Assembly: GCF_038025025.1 (NCBI RefSeq)
Contig: NW_027117345.1
Span: forward strand, 496,001-560,000
Direction: 5' to 3'
DNA from: Phyllosticta citribraziliensis
Taxonomy: Eukaryota
Length of the DNA stretch: 64,000 nucleotides
The translations under genes and the position numbers were made by a program. This document shows, one piece after another, positions 47,434 through 60,502 of the stretch (position 1 is the first letter of the stretch; each line of letters opens with the position of its first letter). The notes beneath the pieces are model-generated. The model worked only from the letters and a program-made list of their open reading frames with translations. It did not search any database and was not told where the DNA came from.

Positions 47434-48484
47434 CGTTCTTTGGGCGATGAGAAGAGTGTGGTGATGACAAGATAGTGAAGTTGGGGCCAGAGAGATACTC
47501 CGAGCTGATGGTTGTAGACCGAGAGGTTTGAGAGTCGGGTATGTTTGGGGCACAATTTGAACAAGCTCGAGTGCTCAGCGTTTTCTACCGCCTCTTTCAA
47601 GCCGTTGGTTGACTGGCAGACAAAAAAACTTCGCCCTGACCTGAGAGGTTCTGCTGATGACAATTGAGTAAGCAACCAGACGTGAGAAAGACAATTGAGG
47701 TGAATGAAGGCTCTGGGTGGAAGTACCGTAATGGAAGAAGGTCGCCCTGCCCAGTGTCCTCCCGTGTGGGCCGTCAAGCCAGGTCCTTGTTTCGTGAAGC
47801 GCAAGTGATTGCTGTTTGCGAGGAGGTTCGTATCCAAGTGGCAGAAAAGCTTACGCCTCTCGCCCTTGAGCGCGTTCAGCTCACCACCGTGGTTGTCTCA
47901 ATGAGATTGAATCGAGCAGAGGCGTCAATTCAAGTGTCGGGTGCAGAGGAAGGGTTGTTGTCGGGGCGTCTTGATCTTAAGATATTCGAGTGTGCGCCTG
48001 CGCTAGGCCAGATTGGGAGGTGTACCTGCCCGGGCAGCTGCTCTCACGTTGGTCACAGGATCCTGCTCAAACGACACCACACGACGACACCACACGACGA
48101 CACCACAGCCACGACGACGTTGAAATGATGGATCCGGAGCTTCTCAACGGTCGCAACAACAGTTGGGTGTTTTCTGGCTATCTACTCTCGCGGTGCTTGG
48201 AGATGGCATCGCTTTCGACACCCATCCAACGCAGCATGCGACCAGTCTCTGCTCCTTCCGTCAATCCAAAATCCTCCATTCTCATGACTACCATCTCAAG
48301 CACACATCCTTTTTCGCCTTCTACAACACCTGCCAACGACGATGAAGAAAATAGCCTTGCTCCAGCTCAAGTCCCTCCAGAATCAGTCCAAGGGCTAGAC
48401 GACTTCATCAGCATTGGACTCAGGTTTTTGGGGCGTGAGAGTCCCGAATTGGAAGCCATGCTTTTCCCTGGACCCGGCCTGCAA

Positions 48485-49759
48485 TCAGGAAGAGACCTCG
48501 TAAGGAGACTCGACGTGTGAGACTTTTGGCGTGTTGAGCAGAGCGGTCTTCCACTTGTTTTCGAAATCCGCCCGTGAAATCTTCGCAAGGGTGGCGTTCC
48601 TCACTGCAATGGTCCGCGGGTCGTTCGGATTGTTTGGGCAACGCTCGAGAGCCGCCTCGAACAAAGATTGGCATCTCGAGGAGCAATATACTGGAATCGC
48701 CTCCATGTGCAGCGGAAGAAGGGGCTTCTTGTCCTGGCGCACGACGAGAATGCTGCCTGCAGCGCCCTGCCAATCCATCGCAACCCATCCCCACCCAAGA
48801 GCATCTCCGGGCTTATCTGAGCAGTTCAAGAGCAGAAAGGTCGCCGCTTGGCTATCGAGTGAGCCGTCATTCGACCTCGCTGAGACCGGGTCTCACGCGT
48901 ATCTTCAGATGAACACGGGTAGGCCGATGCGATCAGCAACATCAGAGGTCCAACGGTCCCGGTTGAGTGAGCCGCTGAAGGCAGGATCTGACAGCGGTAC
49001 CGATACTGGCTCGAACATGGGCCTTCCGCGCCTCAAGTCAACCATTAAGTTGATTCGAACACCCGATATCATTTCATCGGCGCTGGTTTCTCTGGGCTTG
49101 GGGGAGTCGAATGTCATGGTTTTGAAGCCGTACGTTTCTTTGAGGTATTTGTTCATGGGGTTGGGCTCCTTGTTCCTGGTCAGGTACCAGTTGAGCCAAT
49201 CGACGATGTGTCTGAAATCGGCAAGACTGAGGTCGCGATACTGATCTGGGAACTCTCCCCGACCATGCATGCCAAACGCGACTACGGGACCGCGCCAGTG
49301 GGGAGGGGTGCTTGGGTTCGTGATTGCTCGGATGCAACGGTTGAGTCTTGAGCCGTCATCGAAGAAATTGTCGCGAAATGCGATTCAGGTGGTGTTGGTC
49401 AGATCGCGTTTGAGTCTTGGGTTTTGAAAGATGTTGGAACTGTCCTCATCCGCCCTTAGGAATGGCTTGGGGTCTGCGAGCTGATAGCCCCACTCTTCGC
49501 CCTCGTCAATCCAAGGGCAGTGGATCCAGACCAGCTTCGGCTTCTCTTGGTCGTCAGGAAAAAGGATGGCAGAAAAGTGGTTCTTGCTGGGTCGCTTCGA
49601 CTTTTCCAAGAATTCCGAAAGGGGACGACACAGCAGCTTGTGAGATGCCCAATCAGCTTGCTGGCAGTTCTTGGAGCAGTATTGAGTGCTGTGACAGCGT
49701 GCGCATTGCCGCGAGTCTGGCTTATCGCACATGGTGCAGGGGCTCGAAAGGGTAGCCAT
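48485..49759 (-). pseudogene. Tandem MYND zinc-finger paralog interrupted by three in-frame TGA codons (49385-49387, 48905-48907, 48893-48895)
   Basis: ORFs 49385-49825, 48905-49270 and 48485-48829 share one frame and align colinearly with 46030-47433 (MYND finger, WRGP, DL..ADFRH, RDRWTS.VADRIG, VVRQDKKPL, SPYE). Confidence 0.8.
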
Positions 49760-52741
49760 AGTCGCGTTCGTTGTGAGAGAAAGACAGCGGCTCTTGGAAG
49801 TGGGAGTTGGGAACGAGCAAGACACCTGAACATAGCGATATGTAGATCGCTAGTTTAGAAAAAACTCTGAGCTGAAAGCACTAAGTTGAAAGTTTGACAC
49901 AATCCAGTGTCTATCCGTTTTGACTGCTGTTGTCAAATCAATGATTGGCTGGCCAATATGCCCTTTACCGTGGACGAATGTGTGGTCGATGTTTGAGGAG
50001 GCAATCGGATTTTTGGATGGTGGCTCCAGAAACACGCCTCACGGCCTATCTGCGACAGCTGTTGCGATGCAAGCTTGCTCTCAGTCGTTGAAGATCAAGT
50101 TGACATGTTTCTTGCCTAGCGCGTGGTGTTGCAAAGATGCCCCCCCGTTCGCTCCGGACACACGCTAAGCCGAATTGGGTTCGTTTGTCGGCCTAGGGCA
50201 GCTGCTACTCTGACCTTCCATACCTTCACTCCCGTCCTTCGCCACAACCCGGCATCGTCTCTTCGACATTCACGGCAATTGGAACTTCTCACCCGACAAC
50301 CTCCCCCTCCAAACCAGTTGAAATGGCACTCTTCTCCTCTTTGCCCACGTTTCATTCTAAACAGCCGAAGACAAAGAGAGGGCTGCCTCTTGCCTTGTGC
50401 CAGTCCGTTGCGCCTTTCGGTACCCGCATCCGTACTACCCACCGTACAACCTGTCAGCAGCATTGAAGACGATGGCCTTTCTCCAGCTCCAGTCAATCCC
50501 TCCAAAATCAGTCCACGGACGCCAACGCCTCTTTTATCCCAGTCCAGCTGCCGAAAGCTCCACAGAACACGTTAGGGGTGCAGTGGGCGCTGGCTGGCTG
50601 GCTGGCCTGAAAATACATTCACCCCACCCACGCACGCACGCAGGCGTCCACGGCACCGCTCGCCGACGCGGCCGTCGCTGCACGGCGCACACATGAGATC
50701 GGGGGGATCGATTCGGCTCGGTTGTATCGGTGATCGGGCGGGCGAAGAAGGCGCCTCTTCCTCCAGGTCGTCTGCGTAGGTGAGGTGAGAAGAGAAACAA
50801 GAGGCCGCTGATGATGAATCGATTAGTACCATGTAGACTAATACGACGGCAGCCAGCTATTTTACGCCAGCATCGCCTCTTTCTCTGTACCTATGCGCAG
50901 AGCTGACGGCAGCCGTTTTTCTTTTTTCCTTGCCTCTTTCCTGCCGTTTCCTGAGACGCCTGCCCGCTCGCCCGCAGGTTCAAAGGCTCAGTCAGTCAGG
51001 TCCGTCCTCAGGTGTTCACTTTTTTACTTAGCGTACCAGTTTGGATGAAGACCCCGGCCGGCGCTTTTCCACGCAGCAGGACGCGCAACACGCGCCCAAT
51101 TCGCGACACGCCGAACGAACGAACCCAGGCTGCCGCATCAGCGCATCGCAGCGCAGCGCAGCGCAGCGCCGTGCATGACATTTTTATCTAGTTTGCATGC
51201 CCGCCAAGCCGCTCCCAGCTCGGCCGCCTCGTCGTCTCGTCTCGTCTCCCCCTCCCCACTTGCATCTGGGGGCCACGTCCCTCGTGTTCCAGACTCTTCT
51301 CGCCGCCGAACGCTGCCCGGCACACCTAACCGCCCACCGCCCAGCCAGCCAGCGGGCGGCGGCGGCTCCGGTCCAGTTTGCTCGAGTGCCGGCCGGCCCG
51401 GCTTGCTTGCTTGCTTGCCTGGTTGTTTGTCTGCCTGACCGCTGGCCGCTGGCTGACGCATCGTTGATGGCGTTTTGCTCCGCGTACGTGCGTGCGTGCG
51501 TGCGTGCGGCCATGGCTGTTTCCCCAGCCTACGGAGCCCCATGTGCTGCCGTGGCGCGGTGATGCCAATGGCACGATTGCTTACTGATTGGCAGCATTTC
51601 TGAAGCACGTGAGAGAGCGAGCTTCGTCGATTGAGACTTGTGTATTTGCATCTGTATGTACGTATGTATTATGTGGCGCGTCCCGGCCCGCCTGCTTGTC
51701 GCCGCTTCGGCAGGCAGGCACCGAGGCGCGCGCGTATCTTGCTTGCTGCCGCCGTCGTCCGTCGTCCACTACCCACACCAAACTCAACTCGCACCGTACC
51801 GTCGCAGAGGCCACGGACCAAAAGAGGAAATGAACAGGGAGAGGGAGGATGAGACGCTGAAGGGTGGTTGCGGAGGAGAATGTTGAATCCAAACGACAAG
51901 CCAAGTGAGTAAGTACCTGACAAGGGGGGGATCTTGTTGCAGCCACCTTTGCGCGAGACGGGAGAGAATAGGCAGGGCTAAAGAGAACGGGAAAGGGAGA
52001 TGAGAAAAGGAAAAGGCGACACCCGCTGCGTGTACACATTGCCGCATTACCCAAAGTTGTTGCCAAGTCAAGTGCGCGTAGAGCGCGTTCGGAAACGAAA
52101 CAAGAAGAAAGAGGGGCTCGAGGCTGGGTCTGGGGAGCATTTAGACCCAGAGACGAGCGAGCGTGACCGACGCTAGAACGCTTGCTACGGAGAAGAAGAA
52201 GAAGAAGAGGTCGGCAAGCAAGCAAGCAAAGAGTAGGAAAAGAAGAAAAACACTTTGCTCATGTACAATACCTTCCGCGCCGCGCCAAGAGCCACAAAAT
52301 GTCAAGAGACACATGATGGGGTGATGGACGCAGAGAGACAACAGACAGACAAACAGACCAACAACAGATAGAGATGTTTCGTGTACGCAAGGAGAAGAGA
52401 GAACAAAAACGGTTCGCCGGTCCTTTCCCGTTCCTCGTAACGCCGTGCAAATGCTGCAGTTTGACTGTCCTGAGCCCTGACAAATTGAAGAGATGGAAAA
52501 GGAGACTTGAAAGAGGAATGGAGGAGAAGGAGAAGAAAGTATTACCGGCACAGCGCCATTGTGTGCGTTACCTTGTTGCGGTGGAGTTGGCGGATGAGTG
52601 CATACGCCTCGTTGGATGAGGATGCGGGAGATGATTGGTAGCAGGCCTGGCCGTGATATTGCTCCTCGTTTATCCTGGGAAGCAGGTCCCTTGGAGTGCA
52701 AGATGGTGGACGCCGAGGACCACGCAGAGACGTCAGGGGCG

Positions 52742-55612
52742 TCAAATGATGTTGGCAATGCTGATGCGGTTGCTCCCGCTGGTGCTGCTGTTGCTACCCG
52801 CACTCGTCGCGCCGCTGCCGCCATTCGACGACCCAGCACTCCTCGGCGGCAAAGTCGCCGGCGGTCCACCCGTCGCAAAGCCAACCGACGGGGCGGGGGC
52901 CGCGGCGACGGGAGGAGGCGGAGGTGGAGGTGGGCCGCCGCCGCCGCCGAGCCCAACAACAGGCGGCTCCGCGTTGGTGATTTCCGGCGTCAATTGGATC
53001 CGCTTGCCGGCGTTGTGCGGCGACGGGCGATAGTATGGCGCCGGCGACATTTGTGCCTGTTGTTGTTGTTGCTGTTGCTGCTGCTGTTGCTGTTGCTGCT
53101 GCTCCTGCTGCCTCATGCGTTGGTCTTCGAGCAGGTTCTTGACTTGCCGCTCGACGCGCGACCAGCCGCCCCACTCGGTGGTTTCTTGGTCGGTGAGCAG
53201 GAAGCTCAGACGAGGCACCGACTGCTGCTGCTGTTGGTCCGCGTCTTCCATTATCCGGTCCGGCTGCTCTCTTCCTGCCTCGTTGGCGTCGCGCGCAGAT
53301 GACCCTGTTTGTGTCGTTCCCGGCGACGTGTTGCTATTGCTGTTGTTGAGTTTGACGCCCCCGGGCTCCGCGCCTCCCCAGACCCACGCGTGTTCGGTGC
53401 TCTGGAGGTCTCCAGACACGTACGCCAGCATTTCCTCGTCCAGCTCGAGGAGGGAGTGGTTGACGTTGCCCGACGAGACTCGTTCCGTCAGCCGGTCGAG
53501 GAAGAAGGCCAGGTTGCGGCCGCAGGCGATGTTGACCTTCCGCGCCTTGCCAATCGTGGCCGAGGCCCGCACCAGCGTCAGCGCCGACACGTAGTCGCCT
53601 CGAAAGCAGAGGATCAACGTGCACCTCCACAGGTGAGTGCAGAGCATGTGTTTGGTCCCGCAGACGAGGCGCGCCTGCCATGTGCTGCCACGCAACGCTT
53701 GATCGTCCGGGACCTCGGCCAAAGAATGCGGCGAAACCATGCAGCGCGCCAGGTACCGAGCAGTAACTTGGGCAACTTCGAGGCAACGATTCAACGCATC
53801 GACGCGTTCCCGGTGGTGGCACCTGTAGTTCAAGTTGTGTCTGAAGAGATGGAATCGCGCTACCTGGAGAAGCAGAACGGGTCCGATGTCTAGTGGGTCA
53901 ATGTATGCTTCCGAGTTGGCTTGCATTTCCTCTGGAAACGAAGAATTAACAGCCCGAAAGTAGTCATCGTATGTTTGCAAGGCGCTGCGTGACACGCAAG
54001 ATTCCTTGATGGTCTTTTGCAGTTGAGACAGAAACCGCACCACCGTTATGACGCCCTGGAGAGTCTTTCTGAGATGGACATGCGGACTTGACAAGACGCC
54101 GTGAGGCGCCATGTACTGGTCTTCGACGGGACTCGGGTACGGAACTTCGCAGTCTTCGTCGTGTACGAGTAATGGTTTTGAGGCTTCAAGGGCACAGCAC
54201 CTAGATAAAAGTCAGCCAAAGGTCCCGACACAGAGCACCCTTTCGTACCTATCCCAAGTATAAGTTGTCCACCAGATGCGTCGGCGGATCTCCATCTCGA
54301 GCGGTGAAAGCATTTCGCCTTCGTCTCCCCCTTCTTTGTGGAGGCCAAGGTCTTGACAAATACGCACAGCACTGCCCAACCATATCCATCCCGCTGATCG
54401 AAGATTCATCTCGCTGAGGTAGTGACTGATGAGCAAAGTCGTGCAGGCGTGGTCGATGGTCGTGTCATCAGACCATGTGTTTATGGCGAGAGCTGCCAAG
54501 TCGATGAACTGCTTCCCTTCGACCTCTGCTCTTGGCTGGTCCGGGCCTGCATCTAAACATTGGAGCGTGCCGCAAGCCAAGACGGCAAAAAATAGAGAAA
54601 CCCATATCTGGGGCACGCCTTCAAAGGTGCCAGCCTTGTACACATTTTCAACTTGGGCTTCAAAGGTCGGCCAATGTAACAAGGGGCCATAAAAGTGGAA
54701 AGACGCATAGTAGCGAGCCAAGATCGTGTCTGTGGTCTGCTTGGGAGGAAGCAACGCGCCAGACGAGGGATAGAGGGACGGAGACATGGCAGGTCGAACT
54801 GGTGGAGGTGCTTTGAAGATGCCGCGGCCGTAAATGCGTATGTTTTTGCGAACGTGGTGAAAGTTTGTAATCTGAGGCGGGCTTTGCCTTTGAAGTGAGC
54901 TGGGCACAATGTCGGGGAGGTTTAATGCCGGCATGTCAGGCTCTTGTTTGCGAACATCCATGGCTCCTCCGTGTGAGAGCATCGACTTGAGCTGAGCTAT
55001 TTGTTGCTTTGCGTCAACCAGCTGGTTTTGCAGATCCTGAACTTGTTTTATTGAGCTCATCCTACGGTTGGTCTCCTTTGTGAACTGGCACTTGACGTTT
55101 CTGCTGGAACACTCGGAGCAACTCGAAGTCTCAGTCGCGTCACACTTCACCTTTCGTTCTCGGCAGGCATCGCAGCTAGGGTCCTTTCGTCGTTGGCGAT
55201 ACGCCCGTTTCTGTGCCGACAGGCTCGACGCCGAGAGATGTGACGATATGCCAGGGGCAGCCATTGGAGTGTCATTCCCCTGATCGTGGAGGCTTCCAGG
55301 GAGACTACCAGCGGCGGTGCTGGGGGAGGTCGACGAGGCTCCGTATGTGGAGTATGGGTAGGCGTTGGCGTTGAAGCTTCTTGGAGACTGTGCTATTGTC
55401 TGCTGGGGGATCGACGGCATTTGCAAGACGTGGGGACGTGGTGTTGAGGAGGAGGATGAGGCTAGGCCGAACAGACTTGTGGCAGGAGGGATTCCAGATT
55501 GAGGCGAGGCGTTGGAGGATGATTCGTGACTGGAGGTGGTGTGAGGCCGCTGTGAAGATCGCGAATAGGGGTTCGAGTTGGGGCCGGGAATGTCCATCTT
55601 GCGGTCAGACAT
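52742..55612 (-). CDS. Zn(II)2Cys6 transcription factor with fungal-specific TF domain; intron 54201-54248
   Basis: SCDACRERKVKCDATETSSCSECSSRNVKC; AVRICQDLGLH, EIRRRIWWTTYTWDR; poly-Q and Pro-rich C-terminus. Confidence 0.92.
53058..53112 (-). repeat. CAG/CAA poly-glutamine tract in the Zn2Cys6 factor
   Basis: QQEQQQQQQQQQQQQQQQ encoded by mixed CAG/CAA codons. Confidence 0.85.
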
Positions 55613-56092
55613 GTGGCAATGGCTGTCCTATACCAAATAATAATGGTGTGGCTCGCTGATGGGTGGGGGGGTGCGGGTGGTGGGAAAAAAGAGGCTTTCA
55701 GGCACTCGGCAACAACCGAGAGGGCTCCAGTCGCGAGACTTGAGCGAGTCAATCCTCGGGAGCTTCCTGAAAGGAGAAATTCGATGGACGGCCCCTGGTC
55801 AGCACTGATACATTTGTGCAGTTGGCTGGCAGGAGAGTCAATCAGCGTAAAGGCCAGTGGTGAAGTGACAAGAATAGCCTGGCCAACGCCCCGCGGCACG
55901 CACGATATGGCTGTGCTTTGGGGGGCACGGCTGTGGGATTGTACGACGCGGACGAGAGGAAGCCGATTTGTTCGGAACAAGAATATTACCACGGGCTGAT
56001 GCCGCAGGGAGGTCCAGCTGGCTGCAGGCAAACAGCGAGTTCTCGAGTAAGCAGCAAACAGCAGCAGGAGGAAGGGAGCGAGCGAGTGTGTA

Positions 56093-56095
<3 letters not shown>

Positions 56096-56123
<28 letters not shown>

Positions 56124-56193
56124 CTGTGGGACGGCGGAAAGATGGAATGGCGAGAGAATTGTCGAGCGTAGGTTACGCGTGATCAATGACAAG

Positions 56194-56237
<44 letters not shown>
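56096..56237. repeat. Two (GT)n microsatellites upstream of the Zn2Cys6 gene
   Basis: (GT)n at about 56096-56123 and 56195-56237. Confidence 0.9.
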
Positions 56238-56239
<2 letters not shown>

Positions 56240-57232
56240 CGGGGAGACAGACATGGACGAAAGGTTCCTACCTATCACGAGTGCATGAGACCCTGGTGAC
56301 CTAGATCGCAACAGGCCAGGCGAGGTTCCTCGAGCCAAGCGGACGATCAACGAGCTCCAGAGCGGTTGCCTCGTTGTCAAAATCCCGGAGCGGAACAAAG
56401 AAGAAACAAATCCGAGCGCTGGGGCATGTGCGCCTGCACACGATCTTAGCGACTGCAAGTGATCCACAGGGCGAGAAAATTCTCACCCTGGGCGTTGGAC
56501 CAGGCTGATGGAGGCGACGATGGACGGTGCGTACAGTAAGCAGAGCAGCGGCAGCAGCAGAGGAGACGAGAGTCGGGGTCGGGGTGGCAGATCTATTTTG
56601 GAGGTCAACACATGGGGACAGCAGATGCGGATTGCGGCGGAGGGCCCACGGACGCCACAGCCAGCGCATCGCCGGACTCACCAGTCATAATTCAACGGTG
56701 CTAAGTAGAAGGGAAGGTAGGACAGCAGGTCGTATGCCGTGGAAGCCCAATGATTCTCGCAAGTGGAGCGAGCTCGGGAGCGGCGCGCAGAGGGCATGCG
56801 GTGCATGGCACGGCTGGGGCTGGGGCAGAGCAGAGCAGAGCAGAGCAGGGCAGGGTTAGGGATGGACGGGTGAAGAGATGAGGTCCAGAGCGTCGTCGAC
56901 GAGAGGTGGAGCAGTCGAGGCGGCGCGGAGGGCTCCATTTGGGAAAAAGGGTAGGGTAAGTAGGTTAGCTTGCGGCAGCGTGGGCCCGTCCCTGTCCCGC
57001 GGCCGAGGAGCGCGAGAACCTTGAAGAGCAGCGTGCAGGGTTTGGACGACGGGGGTGTGGTGGCATGAGGGCAGACAGGGTCGAGTCGGGGAGTCGGGGA
57101 GTCGGTCGAGTCGGTCGAGGGTGTCGAGGCGAAGCAGGAGTGGAGGAGAGGAGAGGTTGGAGGTTGTTGGGATGAAGAGGACGAGAGCGAGGTGACGATG
57201 GTGATGGGCCTGGTCATGGTGGTGAGGTGGTT

Positions 57233-57273
<41 letters not shown>

Positions 57274-57287
57274 GTGGTGTGGTGTGG
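57233..57287. repeat. (GGTCGT)n hexamer repeat grading into (GGTGT)n
   Basis: gtggtcgtggtcgtggtcgt...ggtgtggtgtggtgtgg. Confidence 0.85.
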
Positions 57288-57984
57288 CGCAGAAGAGGGC
57301 ACCGAGACCTCACGGCCACGTTTTTGCCACGAGATGCCTGCCCTGGAGCCGGCGCATCGGGTGAGCCACTGCCCGCTGCTTCGCTACCCGGCGGTGGTTC
57401 ACTTCCGTTCGCTCTCTCCACCGCTAGTTACTCCCGTCGTCGACATTCGAGGATTCGACGTCGTCGGCACACTATCCGGATCCCGTTAAGCATCAACCCT
57501 CTGCCCAATGCCGCGTCTCCGGGGCTCCCAGTCGGTCCGCCGTCCGGCCATGTCGGCAATCGTCTTCCTCTCCTCGCCCCAAACTGCCGTCGTCGAAGCC
57601 AAATTGCCAGCCTGGGCCACCAATTCCAGGAAACACCACCGTTAAACTTTCAACTCCCGACTGAATACGCGACGCGCTGCCCTGCCCTGTCTGTGTCTAG
57701 GCCCAGCAGCCGAGTCAGCTCCTTTAGTCTTTCGTTGAACCACTTCCTCTCCGCCCTCACCCTCGGTCGACGAGCGGCAAACGGCCGCCGAAACATGCAG
57801 CAGAATAAAATAGGGCTGTTTCACTTGTACTGTACTAGTTGCAAGAACAAACATGCTGCCAATCCCAACGTCCCCGGCATCCCTACATCGGACTTGGCCT
57901 AGCACCGGACCGTTGCCCCTTATCTTCACGTGGCCTGCCATGGCCCGCGACCTGGACTGAAGCCAACAAATCGACTTCGCCTGC

Positions 57985-57998
57985 TCGGATCCGGCCGA
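57985..57998. promoter_or_regulatory. UaY/PCO-1-type purine-induction site TCGG-N6-CCGA upstream of adenine deaminase
   Basis: TCGG atccgg CCGA about 315 bp before ATG 58314; HGATAR site (AGATAA, minus strand) at 57920-57925. Confidence 0.65.
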
Positions 57999-58313
57999 CG
58001 ACATCTCTCAACCCCAGTCACGATGCCCTCTCGCCGCATTTGCCATTACTAAATCCTCTGCTGCATGTCTACCGCTGCGGCTCGTGCTGTACGCCCTGCG
58101 AACCGACCCTCTCCACCCGTGGGCGCTGCCGGCCGATTTGCGGGCGCCTGAGATATGGCTTTTTTCACCTCGAGTGCACGTCTTGAAGAAACCATCTCTT
58201 GCCTTGCAAAGCGCTTCGCTCAAAGTTAGCCATTGCATCATTCTTTGCATCTGCTTCGTTGCCTGTCCTTCCTTTCCGAGTCTCTTGCAGTCTCGTCTCG
58301 TAGCGTTCTCGTC

Positions 58314-59540
58314 ATGTGCAAATCATCCGTCCACGCCTTTCTCCAGGCACTTCCCAAATGCGAGCAGCACATTCACCTCGAGGGAGCCCTGCACCCCAAG
58401 GTGCTCTTTTCGCTGGCTCAACGAAACAACATTACATTGCCCAAGGATGACCCAGCTTTTGGCTCGCCAGAAGCTCTCCTGGCGCGCTACCAACGGTAAG
58501 GCTTGCCCGCTGGCCATGCCATGCTTTCCGTCTCGTCTTTCAGCAACCTTTTCCTGCATACGGCAATCCCAACCGCAACGCTAACCCGATTCTGCAACAG
58601 ATTCACGTCCCTGGACGACTTCCTCCACTACTACTACCTGGGCATGAGCGTGCTCATCAGCGCCGCCGACTTTGAATCCTTGGCCTTTGACTACTTTCAG
58701 CACGCCCACCGCGATGGCGTGCAGCATGCCGAGGTTTTCTTCGACCCGCAAGCCCACACCTCTCGGGGCATTGACCTCTCCGTCGTCCTCCAAGGCTTCA
58801 ACGCGGCAAGAGACCGCGCCCATCGCGAACTCGGCATCTCCACGGAGCTCATCGCCTGCTTCCTGCGGCACCTGCCCCCAGCCGACTGCCTGGCATCGTT
58901 CGAGCACGAGCACCTCCAAGCCTCGTTCAGCAGCGGGCAAATCGCGGCCATCGGCCTCGACTCGTCCGAGAAGGACTTTCCGCCCCAGCTCTTCGAAGAG
59001 CTCTTCTACCGCGCCGGCAAGCTGGGCCTGAAGCGCACGGCGCACGCGGGCGAGGAGGGCCCCGCCGACTTCATCAAAGACTCGCTGGACCTGCTGGGCA
59101 CGACGCGCATCGACCACGGACGGCGGCTCCCCGAAGACCCGGCGCTGCTGCAGCGCATCGTCGACCAAAAGGTGCTGCTGACCCTGTGCCCGCTGAGCAA
59201 CGTGGTGCTGCGCGGCGTCGAGCGCGTGTCGCAGCTGCCGATCCGCCACTTCATCGACGCCGGCGTGCGCTTTTCCATCAACTCGGACGACCCGGCCTAC
59301 TTTGGCGGCTACATCCTCGACAACTACTGCGCGGTGCAGGAGGCGTTTGGCCTCGGCGCCAAGGACTGGGACTGGATCTGCAGGGGCGCCATCGAGGGTA
59401 GCTGGTGTCGTCAGGAGAGGAAGGACGAGCTGCTGCGCGCCCTCGATGCCGTCATGGCTGAGTGGGAGGGCAAGGACTTGGTGCTTTCGAATTCGAATGG
59501 CGTCGCCAATGGCACCACCAACGGCGTCAATGGCCACTGA
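58314..59540 (+). CDS. AAH1: Adenine deaminase (adenosine/AMP deaminase family); intron 58496-58600
   Basis: [60 protein letters not shown]. Confidence 0.92.
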
Positions 59541-60502
59541 TCGCGACAGTATTCCACCTACACTTTGGGATTGGAGTGTCTCATAGAGAACAAGACGAAG
59601 AAAAGATACCACGCATGAAAAAAGTAGGGAGTGTGTACTTTCGCCAGCTTCAACGCGGCGATTATGACAAGGACACTTGGCAAACAAAGAGGACCCGAAA
59701 AGACAGTTTGGAGTCTCACAATGATTTCATTCACGCTTTCATCAGGCGCAGGAAGGCGGGCGGGCCGTTCTGACTGCGACATCTCTTCAACACGTCAAGC
59801 GAGGGGGAAGAAAATAAAGCATCCAACGAGATCAACAAGAAGACCTCAAACTTCCATGACCACACCACACCACACCACTCCTCTTCCCTTTCGCACAAAA
59901 ACATACAACCATTCTAGCATCTCACATACATGTATGTAATTTTATTCACTTTATTTGTCCTCATTCGACGCAATTTCAAGTGGCCTGCAAGCTTATCATA
60001 TGCGCACCGGCCCAGCTGAGCTAGCTCTCTCGCAACACCTACCGCATTCAGTCGAGCCTTTTTGCTAGCCCGTGACCTTGTTTGAGTTAGTGCCGATGCT
60101 TTGGATGATTTGGAACCTCGAAGCCTGGTTGAACAGGCGATTTTGTATTTTATGATCTTGGGCCAAGACTGTACGGTCTGACGGGGCAGGGGGGCGGTTG
60201 ATGTTGGTAGGGGGTCGTTGGTGCTCTGGAATAAGGAGGGGATCTGTATGAGCGTTTGACTGTTGAATTTGTGTGTGGTTAATTGATTGCGCCACGGGAC
60301 TCTTTCACCAAGACTGAACGTGTGAGGAGTGTCTGCTTGAACAATTCGCACTTGCATTTCCCCCTCATGCCTATGTAGGCGCTGCCTCCCAGTCTGCGTG
60401 TTGGTCCTCTCTACCAATTGCCACGACTACCGCTTGGTGTTATGAGACCGATGTACAGCGTCAGATCTACTAGGTGCGTTATAGTCGACCACCATACCGC
60501 AC

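Noticed and set aside
47554..48484. Gene between the two MYND copies (ORFs 47664-48128, 47990-48520)
   Set aside because: No motifs or codon bias; non-ATG starts
50116..52700. Numerous short overlapping ORFs
   Set aside because: Derived from simple-sequence-rich noncoding DNA; no protein-like signal
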